NCBI RefSeq assembly: GCF_006345805.1
Contig: NC_042998.1
Location: 110,236,001 to 110,300,000 of the forward strand
Direction: 5' to 3'
Source: Octopus sinensis
Taxonomy: Eukaryota
DNA length: 64,000 bases
The stretch's first letter is position 1. The number at the start of each line of letters is the position of its first letter. Both the position numbers and the translations under genes were made by a program. Positions 29,338 through 43,627 of this stretch are shown in pieces. The notes beneath the pieces are model-generated. The model was not told the DNA's origin. It worked only from the letters and a program-made list of their open reading frames with translations, and did no database searches.

Positions 29338-30215
29338 CCCCAATTTTATTATTAGTGCTTCTTAGTACTTATTTTTAGCTACTAGCCCAATTTCAGAGCT
29401 CGCTGGATTTAACAGTCTACAAGTGGGTTTATTATGAAAATTAGATTTATGGTCTTTTAAAGTAATAAAGACTACCCTTTTAGCTAAGCATTCTAACCTA
29501 TTGTTGAGTTTATTACGTTTAACGAGAAATTTAACGTCATTGTTAATATCGCTGTATCTCTCTATGTTAACTTTTTAAATATTTAGTGGAAATGGTGTCA
29601 TATAGCAACTTATCATATGGATCATTAGTAACTTCATACAGGTTGTTGGTCTTATAAAATACGAACTTGAATTTCTAATGTTTTTAATATCAGATTTCTG
29701 GTACTTACGGAATCTGATATTGGTAAATAAATCAAGGAAGTCTGTCTCAACCGTAGGTGGATATTTAAGTGTCCTTAAATTACAATGTTCCGTATAAGTG
29801 GGAGATAGAGTAATATCAAAAATAAAGGTTTCCATCTCATCCATTTCACGTCGTCTTCAACTTTCTCGAGGAGTATCTCGAGATATAGGTTATTCAGTGG
29901 ATATGTAAGTTCTTAGCAGAGTAATCCATGAGGTATAAATCCCAAATAGTGTGTAAATTGGTAAAATCTTTAGAGTGACTCAATGTAGCGAAGCTATCAC
30001 AACAATCATATGTGGGCAATATCTGATGATTGTGCTGGGACACCAGACGGGTTATAAAATACAGTTTGGCATGTTCTCAGCGAATGTAATAAATATTGGC
30101 ACATAATAACATATATTGTGTTTATGAAATATATATACATATATAAGTTTATATATAATATATATATATATATATACATATATATGTGTGTGTGTGTGGT
30201 GTGTGTGTGTGTGTG

Positions 30216-30260
<45 letters not shown>

Positions 30261-30282
30261 ATATGTATGTATGTATATATAT

Positions 30283-30324
<42 letters not shown>

Positions 30325-30559
30325 GGGGGGGGTGTATGTGTATGTTTGCATGTATGTATATATAACAATTAATGGTAGAAAGAAATGATTATTTATATCA
30401 TCAAATCAGTGGAAGAGTCTCCGCACCAAAAGGCGTTCAATAATTCAACCATTTTTCTTTCTTTCGTTTTTTTTTTTTTTGAAGCAAGATAAAATATTTC
30501 TCACTTAAACAGAAAATACATTCAAATAAAAAGTTGCAGTAAAATCTCACCTTGAAACG

Positions 30560-30960
30560 GACAACTCCAGATTTGGAGCACGTTGAAATTGAAAGGATGA
30601 TTAACAGAAAGAGCTTTGTTATAGATGTAGTAGTAAAGGGACACTACAAAAAGATACAGATCTAAGAGATGAGAGATTAAAGGACTCCATAGATAGAAGA
30701 TTCGCATGGTCGGCAAGGTCGAAAGCTTTGATTAGAGTGACAACTTTGCTTGCATAAGATACTTCCAATGCAAGGACCCACTGGCAAATGACCGAAGAGA
30801 TAATTTTCAAGAGGATCTGACTTAATAGAAACCATATTAGTAGTCATTAAGGAGAGAGCAAGATTCAACAAGTTGGAAGATATTAATAGCGTCCTCCTTA
30901 TCATTCAACTACTACCGTAGCTGAATAATATTCTTAAAGTCGCAAGTTACTCACACGCAG
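30560..30960 (-). mobile_element. Decayed LINE RT fragment
   Basis: SKVVTLIKAFDLADHANLLS resembles the D-x-x-KAFD-x-V-x-H-x-x-LL RT motif. Confidence 0.45.
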
Positions 30961-31574
30961 CATCTTTCAGAGATTTTCACCAATTCAGTTCTTAACGAAA
31001 TTGCTACATTTCTGGCATAAATAAATTGAGATTTGATCCAGTAGAAAAAAAAAAGTTTACATCAAAGTTTGTAGCAGCGTTATAGGATAGTAAGTAACGC
31101 CCCAGACAAGTTTATATCTAAATAACTTTTTTTAATTTTAAAAGCAAAATATATTTACCTTAGCTTCTATGATAGAAAAATGCATGAAGAATTTTATAGT
31201 TTTGGTCCCACACAACAAAAATACGTATCAAAAATGTTGTGAGGTAAATTATTAAAAAAATATAAGTAAAGCAAAAAATTGGATTTAAGTATCAGTAACT
31301 TCTTTATTTTAAAAACAAACTATATTTTAATTAAGATTAAATGATAGAGTTAAATGAAGTTTTAAGAGAAAAAAGTTATGAGTTTTTGGGTCTCAAATTT
31401 GAGGGTGATAATGTAGTTCTATACGTTTTTTTATGAATATAGTTCTACAGAGGGACTTTTAATATATGTCACCGGCGTCATTGAGGTAAAGAAAAAATTA
31501 TCAATGATACCGCTAATTGACACATTTGATACATTATTAATTAGCATAATAGCACAGCCCGGAAAAAATATGGT

Positions 31575-33274
31575 TTACATGGAAAAATGCGAGTAAGAGA
31601 AATAATATTCTTAAGATTATACATCTGAAAAATTACAGGGCAACTTATTACACATGGAAAAGTGCAGGTCAACTTATTGCATCTGGTAAAGTACAGAATA
31701 AGAAAAATTTTACTTAAGATATTGCAACTAAGGATAACATTTGAATATTAAAAAATTGAGACAATATGATGACATAAAACAGTCCTTCATACTTTACCAA
31801 CATGCCAAGGACCAATATGGAGGCATCCTGGGTCAACTTGACATCCGCATTTTATCCAAGCACTCAAAGGACCCAACCCTCAAACAAATACAGGAGTTAC
31901 GTCCTCATGAATGAAACATCCCCAGTACTAAATAGGAAATATACGTAGTAGATATCATACCCCCATACCCACAGGTAGAGTAGAATAGTTAGTAGGCTGT
32001 TATGTAGATAGATGTATGTGTAAGTGTGTGTATATATGTATATGTACATGCACATGTATGTAGGCATATGCATATGAATGTAAACAGATAGACATAGAGA
32101 CAGATAGGTACCTAGGTTATATGAACAGACAAGTACACATACACACTCATACACAAATAAAGACTGAAACACATAACCATATACACACACACATTTCACT
32201 TCACACAAGGACACATATGGAGCCACACATATGGAGATACATATACATACATACAGACACAGTACATAGTTGCAAAAAACTTATACACACACAGAAACAC
32301 TCAAACATGCACACACAAGGAGACAGAGGTACACACTCATATACAGACATACATGTATGCATACATATATACATACATTCATGCGTATGGGCACACAAAC
32401 ATTGACCCACACACATGCGCACAAACAAACAAAAATAACGCAGCTTCAATAACGGACAGAGTTTATATCTAGTGAAAATGTTGCAAGACGCAACGAAAAT
32501 GTTAGAAAAATGAATAAGTAAATGAGTTGAAATTTTACCGGTGAGCGTGTTAAATTATAAGGCACTAAAAGAGAATGTCTCTCCCCAGACACAACAGATT
32601 TCAAACTAACATTATAATTAAAAAAAGTGACCTCATTTTGTTAAAATATTGACACACTAGAATACTTAAAAAATGAGAGCCAGAAGTACCAATATAGTTT
32701 TATGCAAAGCAGAATAGTATATATGGTAGGTAAACTCATTATATAAAAAACTAAAACCTAGGCATTGGCTCAAGACTAAAGACTTGGAAATTAATAACTT
32801 AGGCAATAACTCAATCAATTTTTACTGTGAATTTGTTGTTATAGGTAGATTTTACTGTAATATTATTATTCAACTTATTGTACTAACTAATTATGTACTA
32901 CTGTCAATTTTTATAACCTTTTTCAAATTTCTGTTTATTAATTAGTAATTAAAGAATGAAGTTTTAAAAGTGCAAAGATATTTTAATCAGGTTATTTTTT
33001 TATTTTTAGTAGAAGTAACAAGTAATAACAAATAGAAGTAATAACTTGCAATAAAATGTTTAGTTTTGATATAAGCAATATTTTCTAAATCGAAATATTT
33101 TATTTGAAATTTTATCCTTAACAGCCATATTTTATGTAAAAATATTCTTGTTCTGTACTTTACCAGATGTAATACGTTGTTCTGAACTTTTCCAAGTGTA
33201 ATAACTTGTCCTGTAATTTTCCAGGTTTATCGTCTTAAGAATATTATTTCTCATGCTCGCATTTCTCCATGTAA
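31575..33274. mobile_element. Putative non-autonomous element with ~170-bp terminal inverted repeats
   Basis: 31575-31742 and 33107-33274 are imperfect reverse complements (e.g. GAGAAATAATATTCTTAAGA / TCTTAAGAATATTATTTCTC; CATCTGGTAAAGTACAGAA / TTCTGTACTTTACCAGATG). No coding content inside. Confidence 0.7.
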
Positions 33275-33345
33275 TATTAAATGTTAAATGTGACTGCAAT
33301 AGTACGATATATGGCAGACTAAGATATGCTGTAATTATAAATAAT

Positions 33346-33381
<36 letters not shown>

Positions 33382-33469
33382 ATTACGTGTGTATGTATAT
33401 TTATACGTATATATGTATGTATGTTTGTATAAACAGATACGGGAGTACACAAACAGGATTGCAAATCTA

Positions 33470-34810
33470 TGTAAACAAACTTTCCCTCTTCATTCACAAC
33501 TACTATATCTGGCTTTTGATGTTCAGTTTAATTATCACATTGGATCATTACATTCCACAGTATCTTTACCTCAAATTACTACTTATCGGGCTTACTCAAA
33601 CCATGCTTATTTTGTACCAAATACATACTTGCCATACAGTTCCCAGTGAATCATTTTGGCAACATTATGGTGTCTTCCTTCCTTTACCTTTTGAGCCAGC
33701 TTTGTGCAGTTATTCACAATATGACAGGCCTTGTCACTCTTATCACCGTACATCTTGTCCATTTCAGCTGTTTGTCAATCCTGCATTTGGCATAATTAGT
33801 ATGAAGTGCTTGTTTCTGTGCAACACCAATAAACACCTTTGTCTTTGATTTAATGTCACTTTTCCTAACCCAGCGTCACCTTCCGTCATTTCTTTTCATT
33901 TCTTCTTCCATCACTACATTCATTTTCAATATGCCCAGGAATGTATACTCAGTATCATCAATAAGTTCTAGATTTCCCTTGTTGATAATTCTATAATTTC
34001 TAGTATGTAGGCTTTCTCATTTGTGAGGAATATTACTCCACATTTTTTTTTGAGACTAAATTCCATTTTGATGTCCTTGGTAAAGTAAAGTTTAGTGCTT
34101 GCTTAAGGACTGACTTGTACTTCAACCTTACCATACAGCTTGAGATACATCTATTATCCACATGTTACCCTTTTTCAGCAGCAATGTTAAAGTAATCATG
34201 CACAAATCAATCTCTTGATTCTTATCGTTCCTAGGTTCAATTCACATTATGTGAGCTCAGCTTTTCAACTTTCCGTGCTTTTTCTCAAAATCTCTTGAAA
34301 CTTTTTCATCCTTCGCAATCCCAGACATATTTCGAACATAACAATGTACAAATATAGTACCATATCATAAACCTTGTGGTAGTCTACCCGAGTCATTGTT
34401 AAATTTTACTTCCTTCCTTCACAATATTTCGTCACCAATTTATCTCTGAGTACTTGATCTTCAGTCCCCTTGTAATTCTGTTTACAATCCTTCTGCTCAA
34501 CTGGAACAATTCCATTATCATCATACATTATATCAGTGATTGTTTCAGTGAATAGCTTCCTTACCACTGAAATGCAGTATATTGGCCTGTAATTACCAGC
34601 AATATTCCCTTTTGAAGCATTCTTCAAACAGAACTTTTCGTCCAAGGGTAATCCACACAAGAATCTATTCATTTCCTTTGTTCAGTGTAAGAAATTGTTC
34701 TGCTATTGTTTTGTGGCAGCTTGTCAGCTTCTTTATCCAGTACTCCTGAACACCATCAGGTCTAGCTACTTCCCTATTATTCATCTTTTAAATTACTTGT
34801 CTTAGTTTAT
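33470..34810 (-). mobile_element. Decayed R4/Dong-like LINE reverse transcriptase
   Basis: PDGVQEYWIKKLTSCH; ORF 34406..34672 (GNYRPIYCISVVRKLFT..EQKDCK..GTEDQVL); DYHKVYDMV; many stops. Confidence 0.75.
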
Positions 34811-35428
34811 TTTTCAGACCAAAATTTTCCTGTTGCCGATGAGAAAGAGACAATTGTTATTCATATTGTTGCTACTGACAAAATATCTACATAGTTGAGT
34901 TAATATGAACGTGTTTTCTCTGTTAGTGCATGCTATCCATATATTGCAATACAATTAAAATTGCTTTCTTTATTTTCTGTGTGAAAACGTATTATTTTAT
35001 GCATATTATTTTTTGTTTCCATTTTGAGGGTGAGTGGTAAAATATTCATTACCATTTTTCCCGTTACGTTGGACAAAAAGTGAAGTTTTGTGTCAAATCA
35101 AGGCGCAAACCATATTCTCTTTCTTTGTTAGGCTCATAAAGAGCGATTTCAAACTGTATGGAATCTTTATGAAATTACTTTTGGTAAAAACATTATTTTA
35201 TCTAAAACAACAACAACAAAATAATGCATTCCATTTAAAGAGGAACTTGCATATCATTTACTTGTTTTCATTAGAGCAGGGTTTCTTTTGTTGAACCACT
35301 AACATACATAAATATTCATATGTGTGCGTGTCTGGGTGTGTATGTGTGTGTGTGTGTGCGTGCGTATGTGTACACACACACACACACACATACACACACG
35401 CGCACATATACACACACATGTATATATA

Positions 35429-36647
35429 TTAGGTTGTTTCACATGAAATGTCGTAATTGAAAGGTAACCATAAAATGTTTCGGAGGTGTTAGAGGACTGA
35501 TTTATTTAATCAAAGTATGATCTGTATTCATTTATGACGTTTAACCAACGTTTCCCTATGCCATATATTCCATATTTTAAAGAAATTCATCTTTTGCTGT
35601 GCTAAACTGTCCGAGTACTTCAATTATCTCTTCTCTATTTAAGAATGTTTAATTGCTTATGAAAAGCTCAAAATGTTTAAATAAGCAATGAATCAGTAGG
35701 AGAGATATCAGGGAGTAGGAAGGATGTTGCAAAATCTCATTATTCAGGTTTGCAACTTTTGGACAATAGCTTGAGGCGTGTTAGTGTGTGCATTGACGTA
35801 GAGCAAAATTGGGCCATCTCTATTCACTAGTCTGGGTTGCTTCTTTTACAATTCCTGGCAATACGATGTTGCTATTACCGTTTTTCCGTGTTGCAAAAAT
35901 GAATAATGAATATCTCCCTTTGCAGACTGCCGTACAGTGACCACTAACTTTTGAAGGTGCAATGGTGGGTTTAGGTAGTGTTTAGGGGACACTCCTGCAT
36001 CTAATCGCTGTCCTGTTCTCCTGCTGTTCTCAAAACGTATCCATTTTCTCATCACAAGTAATGATTTGATGCAAAAATGGTCTTTTTCCATTCGAGAAAG
36101 CAATAAGGAGCACACTCCGAGGCGTCTGCTGTTTTTTTAATCTCGTTCATTTGATGTGGAACAATCCTATCCGTTTTCTTGACTTTTCCAATTTATACTA
36201 GTGTCCAAAAACAGTTATGTGAGATGTTTGGAATTCTGATGAAAGTTTCCGAACCTTCGTTCTCAGATTTTGTCCAACCAAAGCAATAATCCCTCATGCC
36301 GAATAACCTATTTTGGCCTACCCCTTGATATATTTTTCATGGCTATATCTCATGAATGAGTGCATTGGAACCATCTCTGAACAGTTCTGATGTCAAAAAA
36401 AACATTAGCAAAGGCGCGCTTGTTATTCCGTAGAGCTTCTGCAGCAGAGTGACATAGTTTGTACTCATACGTGAAAATCACTCAACATAGTTCGGTTGTT
36501 ACAATTTTCCTAAGGTCCATGAGTACGAATTTTGTATACCAATATTGTTTGGAAAGGAAAAATGAGTTAAGATTAAATACAAGGTATACATAATTGAGTT
36601 TTTAAATGACTGAAATAGCAAGTGATGCGACATTTCATGTGAAATAA

Positions 36648-36652
<5 letters not shown>
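35429..36652 (-). mobile_element. Full-span decayed mariner
   Basis: TIRs TTAGGTTGTTTCACATGAAATGTCG / CGACATTTCATGTGAAATAATCTAA, TA-flanked, 1224 bp. ORF 35846..36115 is Mos1-like (KWIRFENSRR..LHLQKLVVTV..IHYSFLQHGKTV..YCQEL). Confidence 0.88.
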
Positions 36653-36682
<30 letters not shown>

Positions 36683-36684
<2 letters not shown>

Positions 36685-36776
36685 ACGGGATTATTTCAGT
36701 TTCGGCTGTTAAATTTTCGCTTGAGGCTTTGATCGACTCAGGATAGTGTAGAAGACACTTGTTCAAGATGTACCGT
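36683..36776 (-). mobile_element. SINE family A fragment
   Basis: GACGGG..TTTCAGTTTC..GGCTTTGATCGAC..TAGAAGACACTTG is the reverse complement of the family A body. Confidence 0.55.
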
Positions 36777-37939
36777 AACTATTATGAAACTAATTGTGAT
36801 AATTAGAAATGTTTGCCTGATTTTGAAAATAATGCCACAAAATAAAGTAACTCAAGCAAGAAATATATAACCAATGAAAATCAATGAAAAATTGGCTTTA
36901 TTATTCTAATTATACATGAGCTAATTATGTACAGGTATCTGAGCATACGGGACAGATGTATACATACATACATACACACATACATATATACACACACATA
37001 CACACATATACGCATATGCATGTATATATATATAGACATACATTTATATATATAATATGTATGTCTATATACATGTGTGTTTATATAGATAGATAAAATG
37101 GGAGTGATAGTGTGTTCCCGAGAGAAAGAGAGAGAGAGAGAATGAGAAAGAGAGATAGAGAGAGGGCGAGAGGCAAGGAGAAGTAGAGAGAAATGGGAGA
37201 GAAGGAGGCTGAGGGACTTGAAAGAGAAGGGAATATGAAAGAGTTTAGGAAATGGTAACGGGAGAAACAGCGAAAACAACTGTACACTATAACGATTAAG
37301 CTGAAAATACAAGAGAATTAAACATATATACATGTATAGTGATATATAGTTATTCGTAGACATACAAATAAACGCACTCGCACACACAGATATACGCACA
37401 GGAATCCACCATGTTATCTACCCATCCATCGATTCATTCACACATACATACGTTGATACATACATGTATACGTAGGTGCATACAGCAGAGTGTATATACA
37501 TCCAGATATACATATATATATATATATAATATATATATATAATATATATATATATTATATATATATATATACATATACGCGCGCACATATATACTCATAT
37601 ACATATATTATATATTTTGCCTGATGTTGAAAATTGTTATGTGTATGAATATATGTATGTGTATATATTTATATATGTATATATATATGTAATATATATA
37701 TATATATATACATACATGCACACATATATATGCATGTATATATATATGTATAAATATATACATATATACATATATACATATACATATATATGTATATACA
37801 TATACATATATATACATGTAATATATATACATACATACACACACATATATATATATATATATAAACATACATATATACATATATCTAAATATAGATGTAC
37901 ATATATATATACATACACATAACTATATGAATGTATATG

Positions 37940-37986
<47 letters not shown>

Positions 37987-38799
37987 CATATTAACAGCAT
38001 ACACCGATGCTCGCATGCTACTAGACTCAACGATGTAACACAGTTAAAAATAGAAAATAAGTATAAAATATGAGAAAAAAATCAGAGAAGCCCAAAATAA
38101 AACGATGCCAGGTTGGGAAAGGCGTGGAGGATTGCAAGTGGCACATTGCAAGTAAGATAATAAAGAACCAGGGAACCAATAGACCATTGAAAATATGTCA
38201 ATGGTGTTTGGATGTAGTAAAGGAGGGTCTGGAAGTCAAAATGATGTAAAATTACTCTGAGAAGTTAATGATAAAAATAATTTTTATTATACCTGAAAAG
38301 TGAATAACTTCAATAATAATTTCTTTCATTTACCGCATAACAGCGGTTAATGAAGGCGATAAGCTAAGTACAATTTACAGAAATGAACTATTGAGAATGA
38401 AAACAAATGACTACAGAAAAATAGAAAAAGTAATAAATGGAAAGTCCCTGTTGAGTAACAGTCAGCTAAGACCAATCAAAAACACTAATGATTCAGAATT
38501 ATATTACCCAGACTACTAAGGGTAGAGCTACCCCCTAGTTGTGTTATGTGGAGTACAGTTCTGTGTCGAGGTTGGTTATTCTCCTTACTTTCAAAATCTC
38601 ATTACAAATGACTATTACCAATTTTTTTTAGTTAATTTAAAGGAGGATAGCACTTCACAATCCTACCCCCTCATCTTGTATATATGGGAGTTGAATTCAT
38701 AAGGGTTTAATCGAAGAGAAATATATCTTCAGCTATTTCAGTCTAATTCACTGTGAAACAGTTTCACCTGGGGCCATCACATCGTGAACTTTTAATCCT

Positions 38800-39300
38800 T
38801 CTCGCCAAGATAAGGTGGTATGGTAACCTTTACAGCTGGTATATCGATAGCTGGATTCTTTGCACAATGGGAACAGCTGTTCGACAGTTATGCTCTGATG
38901 CTGAAATACTTAGTCACTCTGTGTGCATCTGGGAGAAACCTGAATGATAGCAACACCATATCTAGACCATATTAATAGAGTTTACTCTGATTTACAACGT
39001 TCCATTTTATATCTGGAAGATCAGTGGATGTTGAGACGTAATCATGGTTATGTACTGAGAATTTTAGATATAGCGTAGGTTTATTTTTTCCACAATGACA
39101 TAAAACGTCGCTTCAAGGATGTCATCACACTTGTCCACTCATATCATTTTATACAATGCCAGAGTTGATGGCTAAACCGTTGCATCTCCGAGCTGCCCGT
39201 TCTTAAGCTGTTCCTTACCGGAACAGCATCAAGAGTCATTAAAGTTTCCCCAGGATAGATCGTGGTTTCACATCGCCTGCTACAAAATAACGGCAGACAG
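38800..39300 (-). mobile_element. Highly decayed RTE-like LINE RT fragment
   Basis: Degenerate PG..DAVP..KNG, SLNIH and SGF..T.D..FSIR segments in the order expected for RTE RT. Confidence 0.35.
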
Positions 39301-40239
39301 TGATGGAGGTGTACTTTTGACAAGTAGCACATTTACCTCTAACAAAAAGCGAATGAGGAGATGATCTACAATGGTCAAATGTAATCTGGAGCAAGAAACT
39401 ACAGTCACGCTGTTATACAACGGTGGCAATCTAAGTATCCAGCACTTCTGTCTGAACTTTCCCTGGATACCAAACATTTTCTCTTACTCTATTTCCCGTA
39501 ACTCTAGATGCAATAGGAAAGAAACGAATTGCCGTTGATCATTCAGTTGTAGAGGTCACAACTGAATGTTTAACCGCAATTAAATCTACTTCTTTCAAAA
39601 TAAAATCTGCAATATTTTCTACCATGTAAAAGTATTTTCTGTAAATCAAATTGACAGTGAAATATATAACGTTTTAACAAATTCATATCGCTATTTTCAA
39701 AAGACACGTACATTCTATATCTAATTTAGAAGAATGTATGATAGATAATTGGACCGAAGGAGATATTAATTTCGAAATAAAATAATTGTGTAATTATTTG
39801 TTTCTGTACGTCTGTATGTATGTATGTTTGTATGTATGTATGTATGTATGTATGTATGTATGTATGTATAGCTTGATGGCTGGCTGGCTGGATGCATGGA
39901 AGCATTCATGCACACATGCATGTATGTATGTATAAATAGAGAGAGAGAAAGAAAAATAAAAGCAAATACGATTATGTCAGATAACATACAATATTATCAT
40001 GAATTTTTCCTTCTCTCGATGCCCCACTTGCATCTATGAATAAAATTCCCTCCCAGATTTTAAATAAAATCTAAAATATATTTTTAGTCTTTTTATTGAA
40101 TATGAATTAGTCGAATTATAAAAAAATATATGTAATTTTATATATAATCACATTATACAAAAAGTGAGATACTTGACACTGCTTCTTAGCAAAAAAAAAA
40201 AAATTATATTTTTGAATATGAATTAGTCACATTAATTAG

Positions 40240-43049
40240 TGAGATACTTAACACTGCTTCTTAGCTACAAGTTCTTGAATGCATGGTTGAATGCCAGAGA
40301 GTGCACAATGTAAGTCTCTTTCAACGTTCAGCTTATTTCTGTACTTAGTCTTGACAGCAACGAGCGTGGTAAATGCAGTTTCACAAAGATACGTGGAAAC
40401 AAACATAGCTAAAATCCGAAGAGCCTGATGTGAGATCAGAGGGTAAAGAAGAATCTAGAACGTTTCAAGATACAGTTCTATGCTGGGTTGAACTTCAAGA
40501 TACAGTTCTAGCTGGGTTGAACTTCAGCTCAAGAAACTCCTCTTGCACTTCATCTGAAACATCAGTCACTTTACACTGAAATAGGTTATTGATGGATTTC
40601 CAAACTTCACGCTTTTCATCTGTATCTGGGAAGTATCAGATGAATTGTGTTTTCAAGTGCGTTAGATGAGTGATTATTTGTTTCTTTAACTCAGAATAAA
40701 GGTTACCGTGAATGAAAGCAGAATCCAAGTAACTAAAAATGGCTGTATTTTCCTGCTGAATTCGACATTTTCAGCGGTCGAGTTTGGCCATGAAGGTTCG
40801 AATGGTGTCGTGGTGCATGAGAATGTTGATGTTTTTCCCTTATAGTTTAGGTCGGGAGGCATTCAACGCTTCGAAGATGTCCACTAGGTAAGCTAGAAAT
40901 AGCTGAAAGTCTTCAGACTTGAACTTGTCATGGCGATCTGCCTTCTATTGCAAATCTAGAAACATTGCTACTACGTCTCGTAGTTCATAAAGTCGTTCAA
41001 ACATGTTCCTCTTTGATAACCAGCGCGCGCTTGTGTGAAAAAGCACTGCTTCGTGTTCAAGATTCCATATTTATGCACAACAGTTTGAAAATACGACTGT
41101 TTAAGGCTTGTCCTTTAACAAAATTGACAACCTTGATTGCCACGTTTAGGACATTTCTCATTTCAATAAGTAAGGTTTTGGATACTAAGGTTTCACGATG
41201 AAGTATGCAGTGTGTACATACAAGACATGGATTTTTTCTCACCTAGTATTGAATCCAGACTGCAGACCAAGCATGGCTGGAGCACGCTCCTACCAGCGAA
41301 TCTCATGAAAGTTGGTTTTCATGAAATAAGTTTGATACATCGTCAAAAATAGCTGCTGTTGTTGCCATCCATAGGGTGGCAGAACAACATTTCCCCTTTT
41401 ACACAGTTGTCTGACGCAAAACGAACATATAGCAGTAGCTGAGAACACTGAGTGATGTCAGTCGTTTCGTTACACTGGATGGCAAGAACAGGAGAATCTC
41501 TTACTTGAGCAAGAATTTAATCTTTGGTGTCTTAATTCTTCCCTTGACTGTATCGTTTGATAGTGAAATCTGGGAATGCTTGTTTGCTCTGTATTTCCCC
41601 AGAACACGTTCTGCTGCACGGAGTAGATTTGGTTCTATGAAAGACTCTCCGATGTTATGGCTCTTCTTGCTCTTTTCAATCAACATGACGATCGCATAGG
41701 AAGCCTCAACAACCATTGAAATTTGTTGCCTAAATGCCCCACTACCGTCCAACTTAGCTTGATTCAAGGAACGTCACTTTGTTTAAAAGACTGCCTTGGG
41801 CTTGTCTGCAAAAGCAGGATGTGTTGTCTTCATGTGGCGTTCCAAACATGAGGGTCGCATTCCATCACTGCTCAACGTTTTGTAAACACATCACACGCTG
41901 GAGGACTTCTGTGTCACCGTTTTGGAGGGACACGAATCTAAATATAATATATTCGTCAAGATACTTTCGTTTCTTTTTGCAGTCCTTGAGAATTATTTGA
42001 TGTGCAGTGGACAACACAAATATGTAAACAAAAGACAAGGTACGTGTAAGGTAATGTAAAGGCCCAAGTTAGAATGCTTGGAGTAAAAGGTTCTGAGAAA
42101 AATTAAAACAAAAAATTTGTAATAAAAGTTAAAAGAATAGTTATACGAAAAATTTGTACTATAAAATGTTGTATTTATTTGTACGAAAATATGACAAGAG
42201 GTTTCTCTAGAAAAGAAAAGATTTTGCATAGCTTTTAGTTTTACCTAGTACTTTCTATAATACTTAAATCTGAATTTTAGTTTAACATTTGGCTTTATAT
42301 CATAACATATTTTTTTATTAAAAAATTTGATATATTTTTAACATAAACATTTAATATTAAAAATTTTGGTTTTATTGTTAAAATCTTTTCTTTTTCCAAC
42401 CCTTATCTTAATTTTTTGAGACGTTATCAAATTGAGCGATAGTAGAACCTATTACATACTTTTTCTTTTAGTTGCTATTTTCAAATATATCATACTTTTC
42501 AACTTGCTAAAATTTAAAAATAGTTTTCAATTTTTAAGATTAAGTTAATATTTCTTAGTATGTTACTGTAATGAACTGACTATGTTTTAGCATGTCTCAC
42601 GATTTTTAAGAATCACATTATTTCATATATATGAAAACTTTGGAGCAAACTTGTTTATAATCTATGAACAGAAAAAAAAATGTTTGTCTTTACACGATAA
42701 TGTCTAAGCTTTATACCAGTGTTTCTTGTTGACACACAAAAAAATAAATAAATAAATTACAAAATAAAGGTAAATGTTAAAGCTACAGTTCAGAATTAGT
42801 GAGGGTTTTCAAGGATATGAAGTGGGGTCAATAAGTAAAGAAAATGGTAAGCGGAGCTAAGACAGTGGTATAAGAAAGCTAAAGGTATAAGACAATACTT
42901 TTTCATAAATTTCTCATTATTTGACCATGCTCTCATTAAGAGAATAACAAATATAATTAGAGAAGTTCCTGCTTTTTTTCAAGGGCTCGTACCATTCTTT
43001 ACTGACCCCTCCAACCCAGCGGGAACACCCCGCAGGTTAAGAACCACTA
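40240..43049 (-). mobile_element. hAT transposon, Charlie/Buster (ZBED8/SCAND3-like) transposase, decayed
   Basis: ORFs 41501..41767 (EASYAI..KKSHNIGE..LSNDTVKGRI) and 41057..41242 (HCILHRE..VVNFVKGQALNSRIF); C-terminal STYLCETAFT..KTKYRNKL. 5' terminus TAGTGGTTCTTAACC at 43049, flanked by CTCTAGAG (NNNTANNN, Buster-type target). 3' terminus not found. Confidence 0.88.
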
Positions 43050-43417
43050 CTCTAGAGATTTTATCATAAGTACCAAGAGAGACTTAAAAGCAGCTCCACT
43101 TGAGAAGGGTAGATAACCTCAAGAACTAAGAATTTTCTAAAATTAACATGTCAGTAACAGAAAGCAGGGTCTTATTGTCTGGAGATAACAGGACAGCCAT
43201 AAATACTTTTCTTGCTCATCACCCGTCATCAACGCTGAGCCGTCATTAACTATTGTAGCAAAAAAGAATAGAAAACATTTCTCTCCAAGGAAATTCGCGT
43301 AATTTAAACGAAAATATAGCTAACGGTTATAATTCAAAGTGGCATGTACTTAACATACACAAATACAAGTGACAGCTTGCATACCATATTACTTGTTGAC
43401 ATAACAGGGAAATTACT

Positions 43418-43627
43418 AATATTGGTTTCAAATTTTGGTACAAGACCAGCAGTTTGGGAAGTGGAAACAAGTCGATTGAATTGACCTCAGTGTTCAACTG
43501 ATACTTATTTTATCTACCCAGAAAAGATGAAAGGCAAAGTCAACCTCGGCGGAATTTGAACTCAGAACGTAGAGATGAACGAATCGCTGCCAGGCGTGCT
43601 AACGATTCTGCCAGCTCTTTGCCTTAG
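43418..43627 (-). mobile_element. SINE family B copy
   Basis: GATGAAAGGCAAAGTCAACCTCGGCGGAATTTGAACTCAGAACGTA core as at 29120. Confidence 0.88.

Larger units (their letters stand above)
26845..30131 (-). mobile_element. Penelope-like retroelement (RT plus GIY-YIG), decayed, with inverted termini and nested insertions
   Basis: GIY-YIG ORF 27313..27570 (SVIYYAKV..SYIGLCEGEFKNHYANHKSFF). RT motifs FTQFDIIDFCPSI, FDVSMRSYDSA, GLHRDD; KIIWFAPPFS. About 120-bp inverted terminal repeats at 26845-26966 and 30010-30131. Confidence 0.88.

Noticed and set aside
40240-41990. Domesticated ZBED8/SCAND3-like host gene
   Set aside because: Many stops, frameshifts and small tandem duplications plus a retained TIR indicate a dead hAT element.
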